Shown here: positions 22,970 through 33,775 of the stretch, piece by piece
How positions within the stretch are numbered: the first letter of the stretch is position 1
Layout: the number at the start of each line of letters is the position of its first letter
Source of the DNA: Candidatus Avelusimicrobium gallicola
GTDB lineage: Bacteria; Elusimicrobiota; Elusimicrobia; Elusimicrobiales; Elusimicrobiaceae
Assembly (NCBI GenBank): GCA_015062115.1
Contig: SUVG01000003.1
Location: 97,672 to 161,671, forward strand
Reading direction: 5' to 3'
DNA: 64,000 bases
Notes under the pieces: generated by a model
Database searches by the model: none
Seen by the model: the letters and a program-made list of their open reading frames with translations, nothing else
Told to the model about the DNA's origin: nothing
Position numbers and translations under genes: made by a program

Positions 22970-23677
22970 ATGAAACGCAGTTTACTTCTTTTAGCCGTTT
23001 GTGCCTTGTCTTCTGCCGTCTATGCGCAGAGCGGGGCGGAACAATATACGCGCGAGCAGGTGTTGGAAGTTTTTTCCAATTATAATCCTGTCGTGCTGGA
23101 AAACGCCAAAAACAACGAGAATTACGAAGCCGTTTTGGAAGCCTTCATTTCTTCTTACGATAAACCGGTTACGGCGCAAAACCGCTTTGAACTTATTGCC
23201 GTAGCACGCAACTTCGATAATTCCTTACTGCTTCGCCTGTGGGAAAATTCCTATAAAGAAACCTTGTCCATGGGTTCCTATGCCGGGACGAATATTTCCG
23301 CGCAAAAGCAAACAGCCCGCCAAGATTTGCTCCTTATTTTCGGAAGAATCTGGGCCAACTCCGTCCAACTTCGCGAAATGCAACTGCAGGAAGCAAAAGA
23401 AACCTTAAAGAAAACTCGCAAAGACAAAACGATTTCCAAATCGCTTAAACAGGAAAAAACGGATTTTCTGAAAGATGAAATTGCCGACCTGAAAAGCGAA
23501 ATAAAAGCCCTTCGCAAAAATCCGGGTGAGCAAATCCAGCAAATTACGGATAGTTATATGGCTCAACTGGAGCAGGAAGTGGCCGCTGCTTTTTCTTCCC
23601 GCAAAACCGAGGAAGAATCCTCTCAAACGGAAAACTTGCAAGTAAAAACCAACCACAAAAAACCCGTTGCCAAATAA
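22970..23677 (+). CDS. Secreted coiled-coil protein, function unknown (235 aa)
   Basis: The start was reassigned to the ATG at 22970 (MKRSLLLLAVCALSSAVYAQSG signal peptide), preceded by GAGGGGA. The C-terminal half is charged and heptad-like. Confidence 0.6.
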   Translation: MKRSLLLLAVCALSSAVYAQSGAEQYTREQVLEVFSNYNPVVLENAKNNENYEAVLEAFISSYDKPVTAQNRFELIAVARNFDNSLLLRLWENSYKETLSMGSYAGTNISAQKQTARQDLLLIFGRIWANSVQLREMQLQEAKETLKKTRKDKTISKSLKQEKTDFLKDEIADLKSEIKALRKNPGEQIQQITDSYMAQLEQEVAAAFSSRKTEEESSQTENLQVKTNHKKPVAK

Positions 23678-23738
23678 AATAGGTTTTGTTTTTCACTCGT
23701 AGTTTTACCCTATTTTATTTTTGAGGATTGTATTTATT

Positions 23739-26333
23739 ATGATAAGAACTGCTATAGACAAAATTTTTGGAACCAAAAGCGAACGCGACCTAAAAAAAAT
23801 TCAACATTATGTAGATTCGGCCAATAAATTTACAGCCGAATTTGAACCTCTTACAGACGAACAATTAAAAGCCAAAACCCAAGAATTCAAAAACCGCTTG
23901 CAAGCCGGTGAAACGCTAAACGATATTTTGCCGGAAGCCTTTGCCGTGGTGCGCTTGGCGGCCCAACGCGTAATCGGGCTTCGCCCGTATGATGTACAAA
24001 TGCTGGGCGGTATTGTGCTTCACCAAGGGAAAATTTCCGAAATGGGCACCGGGGAAGGGAAAACCTTGGTTGCCGTGTTGCCCTCTTACCTAAATGCCCT
24101 TACCGGCAAAGGTGTACATGTGGTAACGGTGAACGACTACCTCGCCCGCCGCGATCGCCAATGGATGGGCCCTATTCACGAATTTCTGGGCCTTACCGTC
24201 GGTTATATTAACCACGATATGAACAGTGCAGAACGCCGCGAAATGTATGCCAAAGATATTACCTATGTTACTAACAATGAATTGGGTTTTGATTACCTGC
24301 GCGATAACATGGTAGTGTCTCGGGAAGAACGCGTGCTTCGCCCGCTTAACTACTGTATCGTGGACGAAGTGGACTCTATTTTAATCGACGAGGCCCGCAC
24401 CCCGCTTATTATTTCCGGCCCGTCCGACCAAAGCACCGACAAATACTATGTGGTCAACCGTTTGATTCCTGCTTTGAAGATTCGTTTAATTACAGAAAAA
24501 GACGAAGTCCGCGCCAAATACGAAGGCGTTAAGTTGGAAGACGGCGTGGATGCGGTTATCGACGAAAAAGCCCACACGGCTACACTTACCGATACAGGTA
24601 TTGCCAAGGCAGAAAAATTTTTGAACGTTCCCAACCTCTACAATGATGTGGAATCGGAATGGGTACACCACATTAACCAAGCCTTGCGCGCGCATCACTT
24701 GTACGAACGCGATGTGGATTATGTGGTAAAAGATGGGGAAGTGGTAATCGTGGACGAATTTACCGGTCGCTTGATGCCGGGCCGCCGCTGGAGTGACGGT
24801 TTGCACCAAGCCGTGGAAGCCAAAGAAGGGTTACAAATTAAAGAAGAAAACCAAACCCTGGCCACCATTACTTTCCAAAACTTCTTTAAGTTATACAACA
24901 AACTTTCCGGTATGACGGGTACCGCCATGACGGAAGCCAACGAATTTTGGCAAATCTATAAATTAGATGTGGTGGAAATCCGCCCGAATCGTCCTTCTAA
25001 ACGCAAAGATTTTTCGGACTTGGTTTACCTGAGTGAACGCGAAAAGTTTGCCGCCATTGTGGACGAGGTGGAAACCTTGTGGAAACAAGGGGCTCCCGTC
25101 TTGGTGGGCACGCGCTCTATTGAAAAGTCGGAAAAACTGAGCCATATGCTCCGCGCAAAAGGGATTCCCCATAAAGTATTAAACGCCAAATATCACGAAA
25201 TGGAAGCCCAAATCATCAGCCAAGCCGGGCGTAAAGGAGCGGTAACTATCGCTACCAACATGGCCGGGCGCGGTACGGATATTGTGCTGGGCGGCAACCC
25301 GGCCGACCCGAAGGAGCAGGAAGAAGTCGTCAATTTGGGGGGGCTTCATGTAATCGGTAGCGAACGCCACGAATCTCGCCGTATTGATAATCAATTGCGC
25401 GGCCGTTGTGCGCGCCAAGGAGACCCCGGTTGCTCCCGTTTCTATATTTCGTTGGACGATGAATTGATGCGTTTGTTTGCCAACACTACCAAAATTGCCT
25501 CTATTTTAAGCACTATGGGTATGAAGGAAGGCGAAGCGATTGAATCTCGCTTGATGACCCGTCAAATTGAAGGGGCCCAACGCATGGTGGAAGGACGCAA
25601 CTTCGATATCCGCAAACAACTGCTGGACTACGATAAAGTAATGAACCAGCAACGCACGGCTATCTACGGATTGCGTAATGCCATTTTAGACGGCGAAAAT
25701 ATGACTGAAAAGTCCGTCCAAATGATGGAAGAAGTGATAGACGATTTGGTAGAACAATACTATCACCCGTCTCATCCGCAACGCTCGGACTTTGATACCC
25801 TAAACATCAACTTGCGCAATTTCTTCCCGGCGGAATTTGCCTATACGGCTGAAAATGTGGGCCGTAAGTCGCAAGAGGCTTTGGCCGATGAAATTATCGC
25901 CAAAGTAAAAGATTTATACCAAGAACGCGTGCGTTATTTTACCGAACAAGGCATCAATTTCTCCGAAATCGAAAGAATGCTGTTGTTGCAATTGTTGGAT
26001 AGCGCATGGAAACAAAACTTGTACGAACTTGACCAACTGCAAAGCAGTGTCAGCCTGCGCGGTTATGCTCAAAAAGACCCGTTGATTGAATACCAAAAAG
26101 AATCGTACAAACTCTACTCTTCTATGTTAAATCGCGTGCGCGATTTGATGGTAAGTTATATTTTCCGCCTCCAGTTGCCTCCCCGCCGCACCGCGGCCGA
26201 ACGGGCGCAAGAGGCCGCCGCCAAAAACCCGGACAATAAAGGTAAGCCGCTTACCAAAACCATTGGCCGTAACGACCCTTGTCCGTGCGGAAGCGGGAAA
26301 AAGTATAAAAAATGCTGTGGAGCAAATTTATGA
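23739..26333 (+). CDS. secA: Preprotein translocase ATPase SecA
   Basis: Shows MIRTAIDKIFGTKSERDLKK, Walker A MGTGEGKTLV, DEVDSILIDEARTPLIISG, and the C-terminal zinc motif CPCGSGKKYKKCCG. The TTG at 23721 in the track is a less likely start. Confidence 0.97.
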   Translation: MIRTAIDKIFGTKSERDLKKIQHYVDSANKFTAEFEPLTDEQLKAKTQEFKNRLQAGETLNDILPEAFAVVRLAAQRVIGLRPYDVQMLGGIVLHQGKISEMGTGEGKTLVAVLPSYLNALTGKGVHVVTVNDYLARRDRQWMGPIHEFLGLTVGYINHDMNSAERREMYAKDITYVTNNELGFDYLRDNMVVSREERVLRPLNYCIVDEVDSILIDEARTPLIISGPSDQSTDKYYVVNRLIPALKIRLITEKDEVRAKYEGVKLEDGVDAVIDEKAHTATLTDTGIAKAEKFLNVPNLYNDVESEWVHHINQALRAHHLYERDVDYVVKDGEVVIVDEFTGRLMPGRRWSDGLHQAVEAKEGLQIKEENQTLATITFQNFFKLYNKLSGMTGTAMTEANEFWQIYKLDVVEIRPNRPSKRKDFSDLVYLSEREKFAAIVDEVETLWKQGAPVLVGTRSIEKSEKLSHMLRAKGIPHKVLNAKYHEMEAQIISQAGRKGAVTIATNMAGRGTDIVLGGNPADPKEQEEVVNLGGLHVIGSERHESRRIDNQLRGRCARQGDPGCSRFYISLDDELMRLFANTTKIASILSTMGMKEGEAIESRLMTRQIEGAQRMVEGRNFDIRKQLLDYDKVMNQQRTAIYGLRNAILDGENMTEKSVQMMEEVIDDLVEQYYHPSHPQRSDFDTLNINLRNFFPAEFAYTAENVGRKSQEALADEIIAKVKDLYQERVRYFTEQGINFSEIERMLLLQLLDSAWKQNLYELDQLQSSVSLRGYAQKDPLIEYQKESYKLYSSMLNRVRDLMVSYIFRLQLPPRRTAAERAQEAAAKNPDNKGKPLTKTIGRNDPCPCGSGKKYKKCCGANL

Positions 26334-26749
26334 AAAATAAAATAAAAGCAGTCTTATACTTGTTAAGTGCGGTGGGTGTACTCGCTTTGGTGCCCGTATT
26401 CCTTTCCAAAGATGCTCCGATTGAGGTGGTTATCCCCAGTTTGAGTTTGCAGGAAATGAACGCCCAGGAAGCCAAACAAAAAGAACAAGCTACCCGTGCC
26501 GTAGTGCGTCGTATGTATCGTTGCGAAGTGGACGAAGATTGCATCATCGTGGACAAAGACCCGTGCGGTTGTTGGGCCGGCCCGTCCGGCGTAACGGCTA
26601 TCAATGTGGGATATACGCTTGAGTTCAATAAAATGAACGAAAAATCTTTGGCTAAAGCATGCCCGGATACGGCCCCCTCTACGGAAAAAGAATGTAGCCC
26701 TTCCGCTCATGCCGTTTGCAAATCAAAAGTTTGCCGCATTGCCTATTAG
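26330..26749 (+). CDS. Membrane-anchored or secreted Cys-rich protein, function unknown (139 aa)
   Basis: Its ATG overlaps the secA stop (ATGA). It starts MKNKIKAVLYLLSAVGVLALVPVFL and has a C-terminal domain with 8 Cys (CEVDEDC...PCGC...ACP...EC...VCKSKVC). Confidence 0.55.
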   Translation: MKNKIKAVLYLLSAVGVLALVPVFLSKDAPIEVVIPSLSLQEMNAQEAKQKEQATRAVVRRMYRCEVDEDCIIVDKDPCGCWAGPSGVTAINVGYTLEFNKMNEKSLAKACPDTAPSTEKECSPSAHAVCKSKVCRIAY

Positions 26750-26757
26750 TTTAAGAT

Positions 26758-28386
26758 ATGCGTCCGTTTCGCCAACGAATTTCCGACCAGGATAAACAGT
26801 CCAAAACGCCCTTTTCCGTTCATATGAAAAAATTCTTGCGAACGGTAGGGCGTTGGCTGTTTTTGTTGTTGTGTGCGTTGGGAACGGCTGCGTTGGTGGT
26901 AGTAAGTTATCCCAAATACTCCCACTCCTTTTTGGCTTGGTTGGCACTTGCGCCGTTTGTATGGGGGATTACCAAAACCCGTGGCTTTTGGTCTTCCTTT
27001 TTTTATAGTTGGCTCACCGGTATCCTTTTCAATGCCGGTGTTTTTTATTGGATTTATTACACCTGCTTACACGGAGGGGGGCTCTCCCAAGGATTATCTT
27101 TGGCCGCTTGGTTAGGGCTCAGCGGCCTTTTGGCATTACAGTTCGCTTGCTTCGGCGGCAGTTGTTTTTATTTAAGAAATTCCAAAGGATATTTCCCTCT
27201 TCTTGCGGCTTGCGGTTTTGTTACTTGGGAGTGGTTACACCAACTTCTTGCGTTTTATGGGTTGGGGTTTCCGTGGCTTATGTTGGGTTACACTCAATGG
27301 AACGCTCCGGAGTTTATCCAACTGGCCTCTTTTACCGGGGTTTATGGTGTTAGTTTTATAGTAGCGTTTACCGGGGCCAGTATCGGTTGGGCTTTTGCCG
27401 AACCCAGTATCAAGCGGGCTACGACGCATATGCTCTTGGCTGCCGCCGTCTTTTTGGGAACTTTCATGTACGGGCATTTCTCCCTTCCCGATGAAAAAGA
27501 CCCGTCCTCCCGCCAATCTTTGTTAAGCCTTTCAACCGCGGTGTTGCAACCTAATATCGACCAATACAAAAAATGGAACGAAACTTTTGAAAAAGAAATT
27601 TTGGATACCATTACCTCCATGGGTAACGAATTGGAAGGCAAGGGCGTAATGCTTGCCGTTTGGCCGGAAAGCACCGTTCCCGGAACCTTGACGGAAGAGA
27701 AATATAAGCAGTTATTTGCGGGTATTTCTGCCCGTTCCGGAGCCCACCAATTGATAGGTTCCAATATCCCGCAGGCTACTTGGCAGTATGTGGGAAGTTA
27801 TTTGATGAGCCCCGAACAAGAAAAACTGCAGGATTACCGCAAGGTAAAACTGGTTCCTTTCGGGGAATATATCCCGCTGGAAGATTTTGTTAAATCTCTT
27901 TTTCCCGATGTGGCTATTTTGGGTGAACTCGGCTCCTTTACGCCCGGAAATCGCGAGCAAAATTTATTGAATTTGGCCGGCGTTCCCTTGGGTTCTACCA
28001 TTTGTTACGAATCTATTTTCCCGCAGTTGTGGTTAGCGCAAAACCGCCAAGGGGCTAAGTTATTTGTAAACTCCACTAACGATGCTTGGTTTTTTGATAC
28101 GGCCGCTCCGTATCAGCATTTGGCGGTAAATGTTTTACGCGCGGCAGAGACGAGCCGCCCGGTCTTGCGCGCGGCGAATACGGGCTTTTCCGCCGTGATA
28201 GATTCTTATGGCCGTATTACGCAGAAAACGGATCTTTTTACGAGGGATACTTTGTTTGCATCCGTCCCGCTTTCTACGGGAGATTCGGTTAATTTTTACA
28301 CCCAATGGGGGGAGTGGTTTGCCTGGGTGTGTGCGATTTTATATTTTACTTTGTTAATCTCTTTAATGGTTTTTTTCTATGAATAA
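26758..28386 (+). CDS. lnt: Apolipoprotein N-acyltransferase
   Basis: It has a polytopic N-terminal domain plus a CN-hydrolase domain ([14 protein letters not shown]). An alternative start lies at 26824 (MKKFLRTVG). Confidence 0.9.
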   Translation: MRPFRQRISDQDKQSKTPFSVHMKKFLRTVGRWLFLLLCALGTAALVVVSYPKYSHSFLAWLALAPFVWGITKTRGFWSSFFYSWLTGILFNAGVFYWIYYTCLHGGGLSQGLSLAAWLGLSGLLALQFACFGGSCFYLRNSKGYFPLLAACGFVTWEWLHQLLAFYGLGFPWLMLGYTQWNAPEFIQLASFTGVYGVSFIVAFTGASIGWAFAEPSIKRATTHMLLAAAVFLGTFMYGHFSLPDEKDPSSRQSLLSLSTAVLQPNIDQYKKWNETFEKEILDTITSMGNELEGKGVMLAVWPESTVPGTLTEEKYKQLFAGISARSGAHQLIGSNIPQATWQYVGSYLMSPEQEKLQDYRKVKLVPFGEYIPLEDFVKSLFPDVAILGELGSFTPGNREQNLLNLAGVPLGSTICYESIFPQLWLAQNRQGAKLFVNSTNDAWFFDTAAPYQHLAVNVLRAAETSRPVLRAANTGFSAVIDSYGRITQKTDLFTRDTLFASVPLSTGDSVNFYTQWGEWFAWVCAILYFTLLISLMVFFYE

Positions 28387-29497
28387 TATTGAATTCAAAG
28401 ATGTAGAACAAAAAGTAGCGGAGCTGGCCGCCCGCGTTGCCAAAATTGAAACGATTGATGATATCCCCGGTAAAAAAGCAGAACTTGCCAAGCTGGAAAA
28501 AGAATCTGCCGACCCTTCTTTTTGGAACGATACCAAAAAAGCAAAAGAGGTCAGCCGGCAAATCGATTTTTTGAAAACCGCCATAGAAACCTTTTATGCG
28601 CTTCGCAAAAAAACGGACGATGACCAGGCTCTTTTTGAACTCTGCAAAGAAATGCAGGACGAAAGCGAACTGGCCGCGTTAGCGGAATCTTTGCAGGAAA
28701 CGGAACGACAGGTGGAAAAGAAGGAAGGCGAAATCCGTTTGTCGGAACCGAACGACAAATTAAATGCTATTTTAACGATTCACGCCGGAGCGGGCGGGAC
28801 GGAATCTTGCGATTGGGCACAGATGCTCGTGCGTATGTACACGCGCTGGGCCGAACAACACGGTTTCAACTTTTCCGTGCTGGACGCACAACCCGGTGAT
28901 GAAGCCGGCATCAAAACTTTATCCGCCATGGTGGAAGGGCCCTTTGCGTATGGCTATTTGAAAGGCGAAAACGGCGTTCACCGTTTGGTGCGCGTTTCTC
29001 CTTTTGATGCCAATGCCCGCCGCCACACTTCGTTTGCTTCGTGCGATGTTTTGCCGGACATTGATGAAGATATTAATATTGAAATTCCGGAAAAGGATAT
29101 TCAGTTGGAAACTTCCCGTGCCGGCGGCCACGGCGGCCAAAACGTAAACAAAGTGGAATCGGCCGTGCGTTTGTTGCATATTCCCACGGGGATAGTGGTT
29201 TCCTGCCGCATTGAGCGCAGCCAGTTGCAAAACCGTCAAACGGCTATGAAGATGCTAAAGGCCAAACTCTACGAAATGGAAATGGATAAAAAGCGCAGTG
29301 AAGCCGAAAAACGCTACGGTCAAAAAGGGGAAATCGCATGGGGGCATCAAATCCGTTCGTATGTGTTTATGCCTTATCAGTTGGTGAAAGATTTGCGCAG
29401 CGGGCATGAAACTTCCCAAATCAACGCCGTAATGGACGGAGATTTGGATCCGTTCATTTTTGCCTTTTTGAATCACGAAGCCGAAAATAAAAAATAA
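28379..29497 (+). CDS. prfB: Peptide chain release factor 2 (uninterrupted reading frame)
   Basis: It has the SPF tripeptide ([15 protein letters not shown]) and the GGQ motif ([18 protein letters not shown]). A full-length N-terminus is present in a single frame. Confidence 0.93.
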   Translation: MNNIEFKDVEQKVAELAARVAKIETIDDIPGKKAELAKLEKESADPSFWNDTKKAKEVSRQIDFLKTAIETFYALRKKTDDDQALFELCKEMQDESELAALAESLQETERQVEKKEGEIRLSEPNDKLNAILTIHAGAGGTESCDWAQMLVRMYTRWAEQHGFNFSVLDAQPGDEAGIKTLSAMVEGPFAYGYLKGENGVHRLVRVSPFDANARRHTSFASCDVLPDIDEDINIEIPEKDIQLETSRAGGHGGQNVNKVESAVRLLHIPTGIVVSCRIERSQLQNRQTAMKMLKAKLYEMEMDKKRSEAEKRYGQKGEIAWGHQIRSYVFMPYQLVKDLRSGHETSQINAVMDGDLDPFIFAFLNHEAENKK

Positions 29498-30603
29498 TGA
29501 AAACCGGTCTTTATATTCATCTCCCGTTCTGCAAGCAGAAATGCAATTATTGTGATTTCGCTTCTTTTGCAGGGCGGGAATTTTTAATAGACAATTACCT
29601 TTCCGCCCTGGAAAAAGAGGCCGCGCTTTCTCCCGTGTCCCGATTCGAAACGCTGTATGTGGGCGGCGGTACCCCCAGTGTTCTTTCCGTAGAACAACTC
29701 GAACGCCTGTGTTCCGTTTTAACTAAAAAATTCGGCCCCGTTTCTTCCTTCGAAGAAAGCACCTGCGAGGCCAACCCCGAAAGTTTAACTCCCGAAAAAA
29801 TTGCCGTACTGAAAAAAGCGGGTTTTAACCGCCTTAGTATGGGGCTGCAAAGTTTTAATGATAAAGAACTTAAAACCTTGGGGCGCGTGCATGATGCGGC
29901 CACTTTTTTAACAGCCTATCAAAATGCGCGAAGCGGCGGCTTTGAAAACATAAATGTAGATTTAATTGCAGGCTTGCCCGGCCAAACTTTAGAAAGTTTT
30001 AAGGCAAGTTTGCAGAGGCTTATTTCTTTGCAGCCCGAGCATATTTCCGTATATGGATTGCAAATAGAAGAAGGCACTCCCTTTTTTGAGCGGGGGATCG
30101 TGTGCGACCAACTTTTAATGCGCCAAATGCTGGAAGAAACGCGCCTGCGTTTGCAAGGGTTGGGATATCATCATTACGAAATTTCCAATTTTGCCCTGCC
30201 GGGTAAAGAAGCCCGCCACAATACCCATTATTGGCAGTATGGCGAATATATCGGCCTGGGCAGTTCGGCGGCTTCGTATCATGCGGGAGTGCGCTTTCAA
30301 AACACGGCAGATTTGCAGGAATATATCCGCCGGATAGAAAGCGGGCAAAGCCCCGTTTCTTTTCGCGAAAAGTTAGAAGGAAAAGAAAAAGAAGGCGAAA
30401 AACTGATGTTGGCTTTTCGCCGGTTAGACGGGGTGGAGTTATCCGCCGAGCAACAAGTATTTTTTGGTAAAGAAATAGAAAAACATCTCAAAAGCGGCCT
30501 TCTCTTGCAGGAGGGTAAAAAGGTAAAATTAAGTAATGAGGGGCTGTTTTTGGCAAACGAAGTTTTTTGCAGTTTCGTTGCCCCGTTTGATGAGGACGCA
30601 TGA
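29497..30603 (+). CDS. hemW: Radical SAM heme chaperone HemW (HemN-like, oxygen-independent coproporphyrinogen oxidase family)
   Basis: Shows LYIHLPFCKQKCNYCDF (the CxxxCxxC motif), GGGTPS, and a HemN_C-like end. Confidence 0.85.
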   Translation: MKTGLYIHLPFCKQKCNYCDFASFAGREFLIDNYLSALEKEAALSPVSRFETLYVGGGTPSVLSVEQLERLCSVLTKKFGPVSSFEESTCEANPESLTPEKIAVLKKAGFNRLSMGLQSFNDKELKTLGRVHDAATFLTAYQNARSGGFENINVDLIAGLPGQTLESFKASLQRLISLQPEHISVYGLQIEEGTPFFERGIVCDQLLMRQMLEETRLRLQGLGYHHYEISNFALPGKEARHNTHYWQYGEYIGLGSSAASYHAGVRFQNTADLQEYIRRIESGQSPVSFREKLEGKEKEGEKLMLAFRRLDGVELSAEQQVFFGKEIEKHLKSGLLLQEGKKVKLSNEGLFLANEVFCSFVAPFDEDA

Positions 30604-31325
30604 ACTTAACTCCCGTTAGTACCGAAGTTTTTTCTCCGCGCCAAAACTTAGCGGACTTTATTGTTCGTTATATTCCGTCCGTGGAAGAAGGGTGCGTGTT
30701 GGCGGTGGCGTCCAAACTGTTTGCTCTTTGGAAAGGCGAAATTTTGCCTTATCAAAACACAACTCAAAAAGAAGATTTGATTTTGCGCGAAAGTACCCAC
30801 GCGCTAAAAACACCGCTTGCCTGGTTTACCGTTAAAGACGGCATGGTGATGACCAACGCGGGGATAGATGAGTCCAATGCCGATGGGAAATTATTACTCT
30901 TGCCGAAGGATATGTATGCGTTGGCGCAGGAACTCCGCCAAGAGCTGCAAACCCGTTGGGGCGTAAAAAATCTAGGTGTTTTGGTAACCGACAGTATGAT
31001 TTTGCCCCTGCGTGCAGGCGTAGTGGCGGCGGCGGTGGCGTATGCGGGTTTTAAGGGCGTGAAAGATTTGCGCGGACAGCCCGATATTTACGGCAAACCG
31101 CTGGAAGTAACTTTAGTAAATGTGGCCGATTCTTTGGCAACGGCGGCCGCTTTGTGTATGGGGGAAGGAAATAACAAAACCCCTCTTTGCTTGATTCAAA
31201 ACGCACCTGCGGAATTTACGGACAAAACAAACGAAACGGAAATAAAATATCCCGTGGAAAACGATTTATATACCCCGCTTTTTCAGGCGGTGGGATTTAT
31301 AAAAAAAGGAGACAAAAAAGCATGA
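30600..31325 (+). CDS. F420-0:gamma-glutamyl ligase (CofE)-family protein, probable folate/cofactor gamma-glutamate ligase
   Basis: Shows [54 protein letters not shown] and [15 protein letters not shown]. Confidence 0.65.
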   Translation: MNLTPVSTEVFSPRQNLADFIVRYIPSVEEGCVLAVASKLFALWKGEILPYQNTTQKEDLILRESTHALKTPLAWFTVKDGMVMTNAGIDESNADGKLLLLPKDMYALAQELRQELQTRWGVKNLGVLVTDSMILPLRAGVVAAAVAYAGFKGVKDLRGQPDIYGKPLEVTLVNVADSLATAAALCMGEGNNKTPLCLIQNAPAEFTDKTNETEIKYPVENDLYTPLFQAVGFIKKGDKKA

Positions 31326-31783
31326 AAAATATGATTGGTGAATTTAAAAAGTTCATCATGCGCGGCAATGTGATTGATATGGCTGTAGGTATCATCATCG
31401 GCGGCGCATTTACCAAAATTGTAAACTCCATGGTGGCCGATATTATGATGCCGCCGTTGGGGTTGTTGATGGGGAAAGTAGATTTTTCCAACTGGTTCGT
31501 AGTCATTAAACAAGGTGCTACCGAAGGCCCGTACGCTTCCTTGTCGGCGGCTCAAGCGGCCGGTGCTACCACCTTGAATATCGGCACCTTTTTGAACGCC
31601 GTTATCAGTTTTATCATCGTAGCGTTTTGTATTTTCCTTCTCATCAAAGGTATTAACAAATTAAACGCTCCGAAAAAAGAAGAAGCCCCCGCTGTTCCCA
31701 CCACGAAGAAATGCCCCTTCTGCTGCAGCGAAATTGCGATTGAAGCCACCCGTTGCGCGCATTGTACTTCGGAACTCAAATAA
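31322..31783 (+). CDS. mscL: Large-conductance mechanosensitive channel MscL with a C-terminal CxxC...CxxC tail
   Basis: The start was reassigned to the ATG at 31322 (an ATGA overlap with the upstream gene). Shows [47 protein letters not shown]. The tail reads [25 protein letters not shown]. Confidence 0.9.
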   Translation: MKNMIGEFKKFIMRGNVIDMAVGIIIGGAFTKIVNSMVADIMMPPLGLLMGKVDFSNWFVVIKQGATEGPYASLSAAQAAGATTLNIGTFLNAVISFIIVAFCIFLLIKGINKLNAPKKEEAPAVPTTKKCPFCCSEIAIEATRCAHCTSELK

Positions 31784-31809
31784 TAGTTTGTACCAAACTG
31801 TTTTTTACG

Positions 31810-31845
31810 CCCCGATTCTTTTTGAATCGGGGTTTTGTTTTTTGG
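31810..31845 (+). terminator. Rho-independent terminator ending the secA...mscL string
   Basis: CCCCGATTC-TTTTT-GAATCGGGG followed by TTTTGTTTTTT. Confidence 0.8.
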
Positions 31846-31876
31846 GCCGTAAAAGAAGGGGTTTCTCGACGAGAGC

Positions 31877-31904
31877 TTGACCCGTTTTTTTTTTTTCTTA
31901 CAAT
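31877..31904 (+). promoter_or_regulatory. Sigma70-like promoter for the pilin-like gene
   Basis: TTGACC (31877-31882), a 16-nt spacer, then TACAAT (31899-31904). Confidence 0.5.
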
Positions 31905-31976
31905 GTACCTAATCGGCAGGCAGGAAGAATTGTAGTGTTGTTTGTTTGCCGTAAACCTGTTTATAAGAGGTTTTGT

Positions 31977-32555
31977 ATGAAAAAGGGTTTTACTTTGATA
32001 GAACTTTTAGTTGTAGTGTTAATCATCGGTATCTTGTCTTCCGTCGCATTTCCTATGTACGAAAAAGCGGTATGGAAGGCCCGGGCCGCTATTTTACAAA
32101 CGGCAGTAAAAAATTTGGCCGATGCCCAGGAACGCTTCTATTTAGCAAACGGATATTATGCGCTATCTTTTGACGAGTTGGATATTTCCATGAATTCCTT
32201 ATCACCTAAAACCTTTCCTAATGTTTGGATGATGTTTTACGCTTTGAAACAACCCCAGGATGGAGCCGCTTTTGGAAATGATGATTTTACTGTAGGTATT
32301 GCCGTTAGAGAAGGGACATACCGCAACAGCATGGTATGGTCGGTCGGATGGTTCAACAGAGGCCCCTACAAAATTCTCAACAGGGGAACAGGCTTTGCCT
32401 TTGCTCACGAAGATTATCGCATGGGAACCCGTCCTATGAAAACGATGCTTTGTTCGGAAGATGGGTTTGTGCAAGATAGGGGATATTTTTGCAAACGGGT
32501 GATGGGAGGAGAAGAACTCGGTAAGTTTCAGGATAGCTACCTTTATTCCCTTTAG
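31977..32555 (+). CDS. Type IV pilin-like protein (prepilin-type N-terminal domain)
   Basis: The start was reassigned to the ATG at 31977 after AAGAGG. Shows MKKG/FTLIELLVVVLIIGILSSVAFPMYEKAVWKARA. Confidence 0.85.
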   Translation: MKKGFTLIELLVVVLIIGILSSVAFPMYEKAVWKARAAILQTAVKNLADAQERFYLANGYYALSFDELDISMNSLSPKTFPNVWMMFYALKQPQDGAAFGNDDFTVGIAVREGTYRNSMVWSVGWFNRGPYKILNRGTGFAFAHEDYRMGTRPMKTMLCSEDGFVQDRGYFCKRVMGGEELGKFQDSYLYSL

Positions 32556-32584
32556 AAAAAACCCCGCAAAAAGCGGGGTTTTTA
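32556..32584. terminator. Bidirectional rho-independent terminator (pilin gene / mnmA)
   Basis: AAAAA-ACCCCGC-AAAAA-GCGGGGT-TTTT. Confidence 0.8.
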
Positions 32585-32607
32585 TTTCTCTGTTTGCTTC
32601 AATTTTA

Positions 32608-33687
32608 CTACAAAATCACTCCACCGCCCAACACAATATCGCCCTGGTATAACACGGCGCTTTGCCCGGCGGTAACGGACATTTGTTCTTCTTCAAATTC
32701 AGCCTGTAATTTCCCGTCCGTCACGCGCACTCGCGCTTTGGCGGGATAGTGCAAGTTGCGAATTTTTATTTCACACTCAAATTCTTCCGCCGGCGGATAT
32801 CCTGCCACCCAAGTAAGGTCGTCCGCCGTGAGTTGTTTGGAATACAAGGCTTCCTTCGGGCCGATAATCACTTGGTTTTTGGCGGCATCAATGCCTACCA
32901 CATACATCGGCACGGGAAACCCGCTGATGCCGAGCCCTTTGCGCTTGCCGATAGTGTAACCCCAAATGCCGTTGTGGCGGGCAACCACTTTCCCGTCTTG
33001 CGTAACCATATCTCCGGGTTTGTTGGGGAAGTTTAACAAATCGTTATAATCGCCGCAGTAAAAGTCCTGGCTGTCTTCTTTATCCGCCACGGAAAGCCCC
33101 GCTTGGCGCGCGATTTCGCGTATTTCCGCCTTCTGCATACCACCCAACGGGAAAAGCGCGCAGGATAGTTGTTTTTGGCCCAAACGATGCAGGAAATAAC
33201 TTTGGTCGCGGGCGATTTCCACCCCTTTTTTAAGCAAATAGGTATCGGTGGCAGCATCATGCACAATTTGGGCATAGTGCCCTGTGGCAAATTTATCAAA
33301 TAAAATGCCTTGTTTGGCGGCCGCGGCGGGAAGTACACCGAATTTGATTTGGCTATTGCAACGCACGCACGGGTTGGGGGTGCGCCCTCGGGCGTATTCG
33401 TCGCGGAAATTATCCAACACTACTTGGCGGTAAGTTTCGCGGCAGTCCACGGCCATGTGTTCAATGCCCAGTTTATCGGCAATGGCTTTAATTTCGCTCA
33501 TATCTTCTTTTTCGGGAGATAAACAGGCGTTTTTTTGATAAATTCCTTGCGGAACGGGGAGGGAAGGATCCCAAATTTGCATGGTAGCCCCGATCACGCG
33601 GTAGCCCTGCTGTTGCAAAATAACGGCCGCGGCGGCGGAATCTACCCCGCCGGAAAGGCCTACTAAAACGGTCTCTTTTTCCATCAT
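32608..33687 (-). CDS. mnmA: tRNA 2-thiouridine(34) synthase (tRNA-specific 2-thiouridylase)
   Basis: Shows the PP-loop VLVGLSGGVDSAAAA, RTPNPCVRCN, and DQSYFL. Confidence 0.93.
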   Translation of the reverse strand: MMEKETVLVGLSGGVDSAAAAVILQQQGYRVIGATMQIWDPSLPVPQGIYQKNACLSPEKEDMSEIKAIADKLGIEHMAVDCRETYRQVVLDNFRDEYARGRTPNPCVRCNSQIKFGVLPAAAAKQGILFDKFATGHYAQIVHDAATDTYLLKKGVEIARDQSYFLHRLGQKQLSCALFPLGGMQKAEIREIARQAGLSVADKEDSQDFYCGDYNDLLNFPNKPGDMVTQDGKVVARHNGIWGYTIGKRKGLGISGFPVPMYVVGIDAAKNQVIIGPKEALYSKQLTADDLTWVAGYPPAEEFECEIKIRNLHYPAKARVRVTDGKLQAEFEEEQMSVTAGQSAVLYQGDIVLGGGVIL

Positions 33688-33775
33688 AACCTCGTTGATA
33701 AAAAATTGTACTTAAGGTTGAAAGCCAAAAGGACACTATATTGTAGTATTTTTGCTTGCCGTACGGACAGATAAA

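Noticed and set aside
28379-28480. I looked for the programmed +1 frameshift site (CUU UGA C) that interrupts prfB in most bacteria.
   Set aside because: The RF2 frame is continuous from its own ATG through the N-terminal domain ([28 protein letters not shown]...). No in-frame UGA or upstream mini-ORF is present, so the gene lacks the frameshift. That is a known minority situation rather than an anomaly.
31187-31321. A 45-codon extension upstream of mscL in the track ORF.
   Set aside because: It overlaps the 3' end of the cofE-like gene in another frame. The canonical MscL N-terminus begins at the ATG at 31322.
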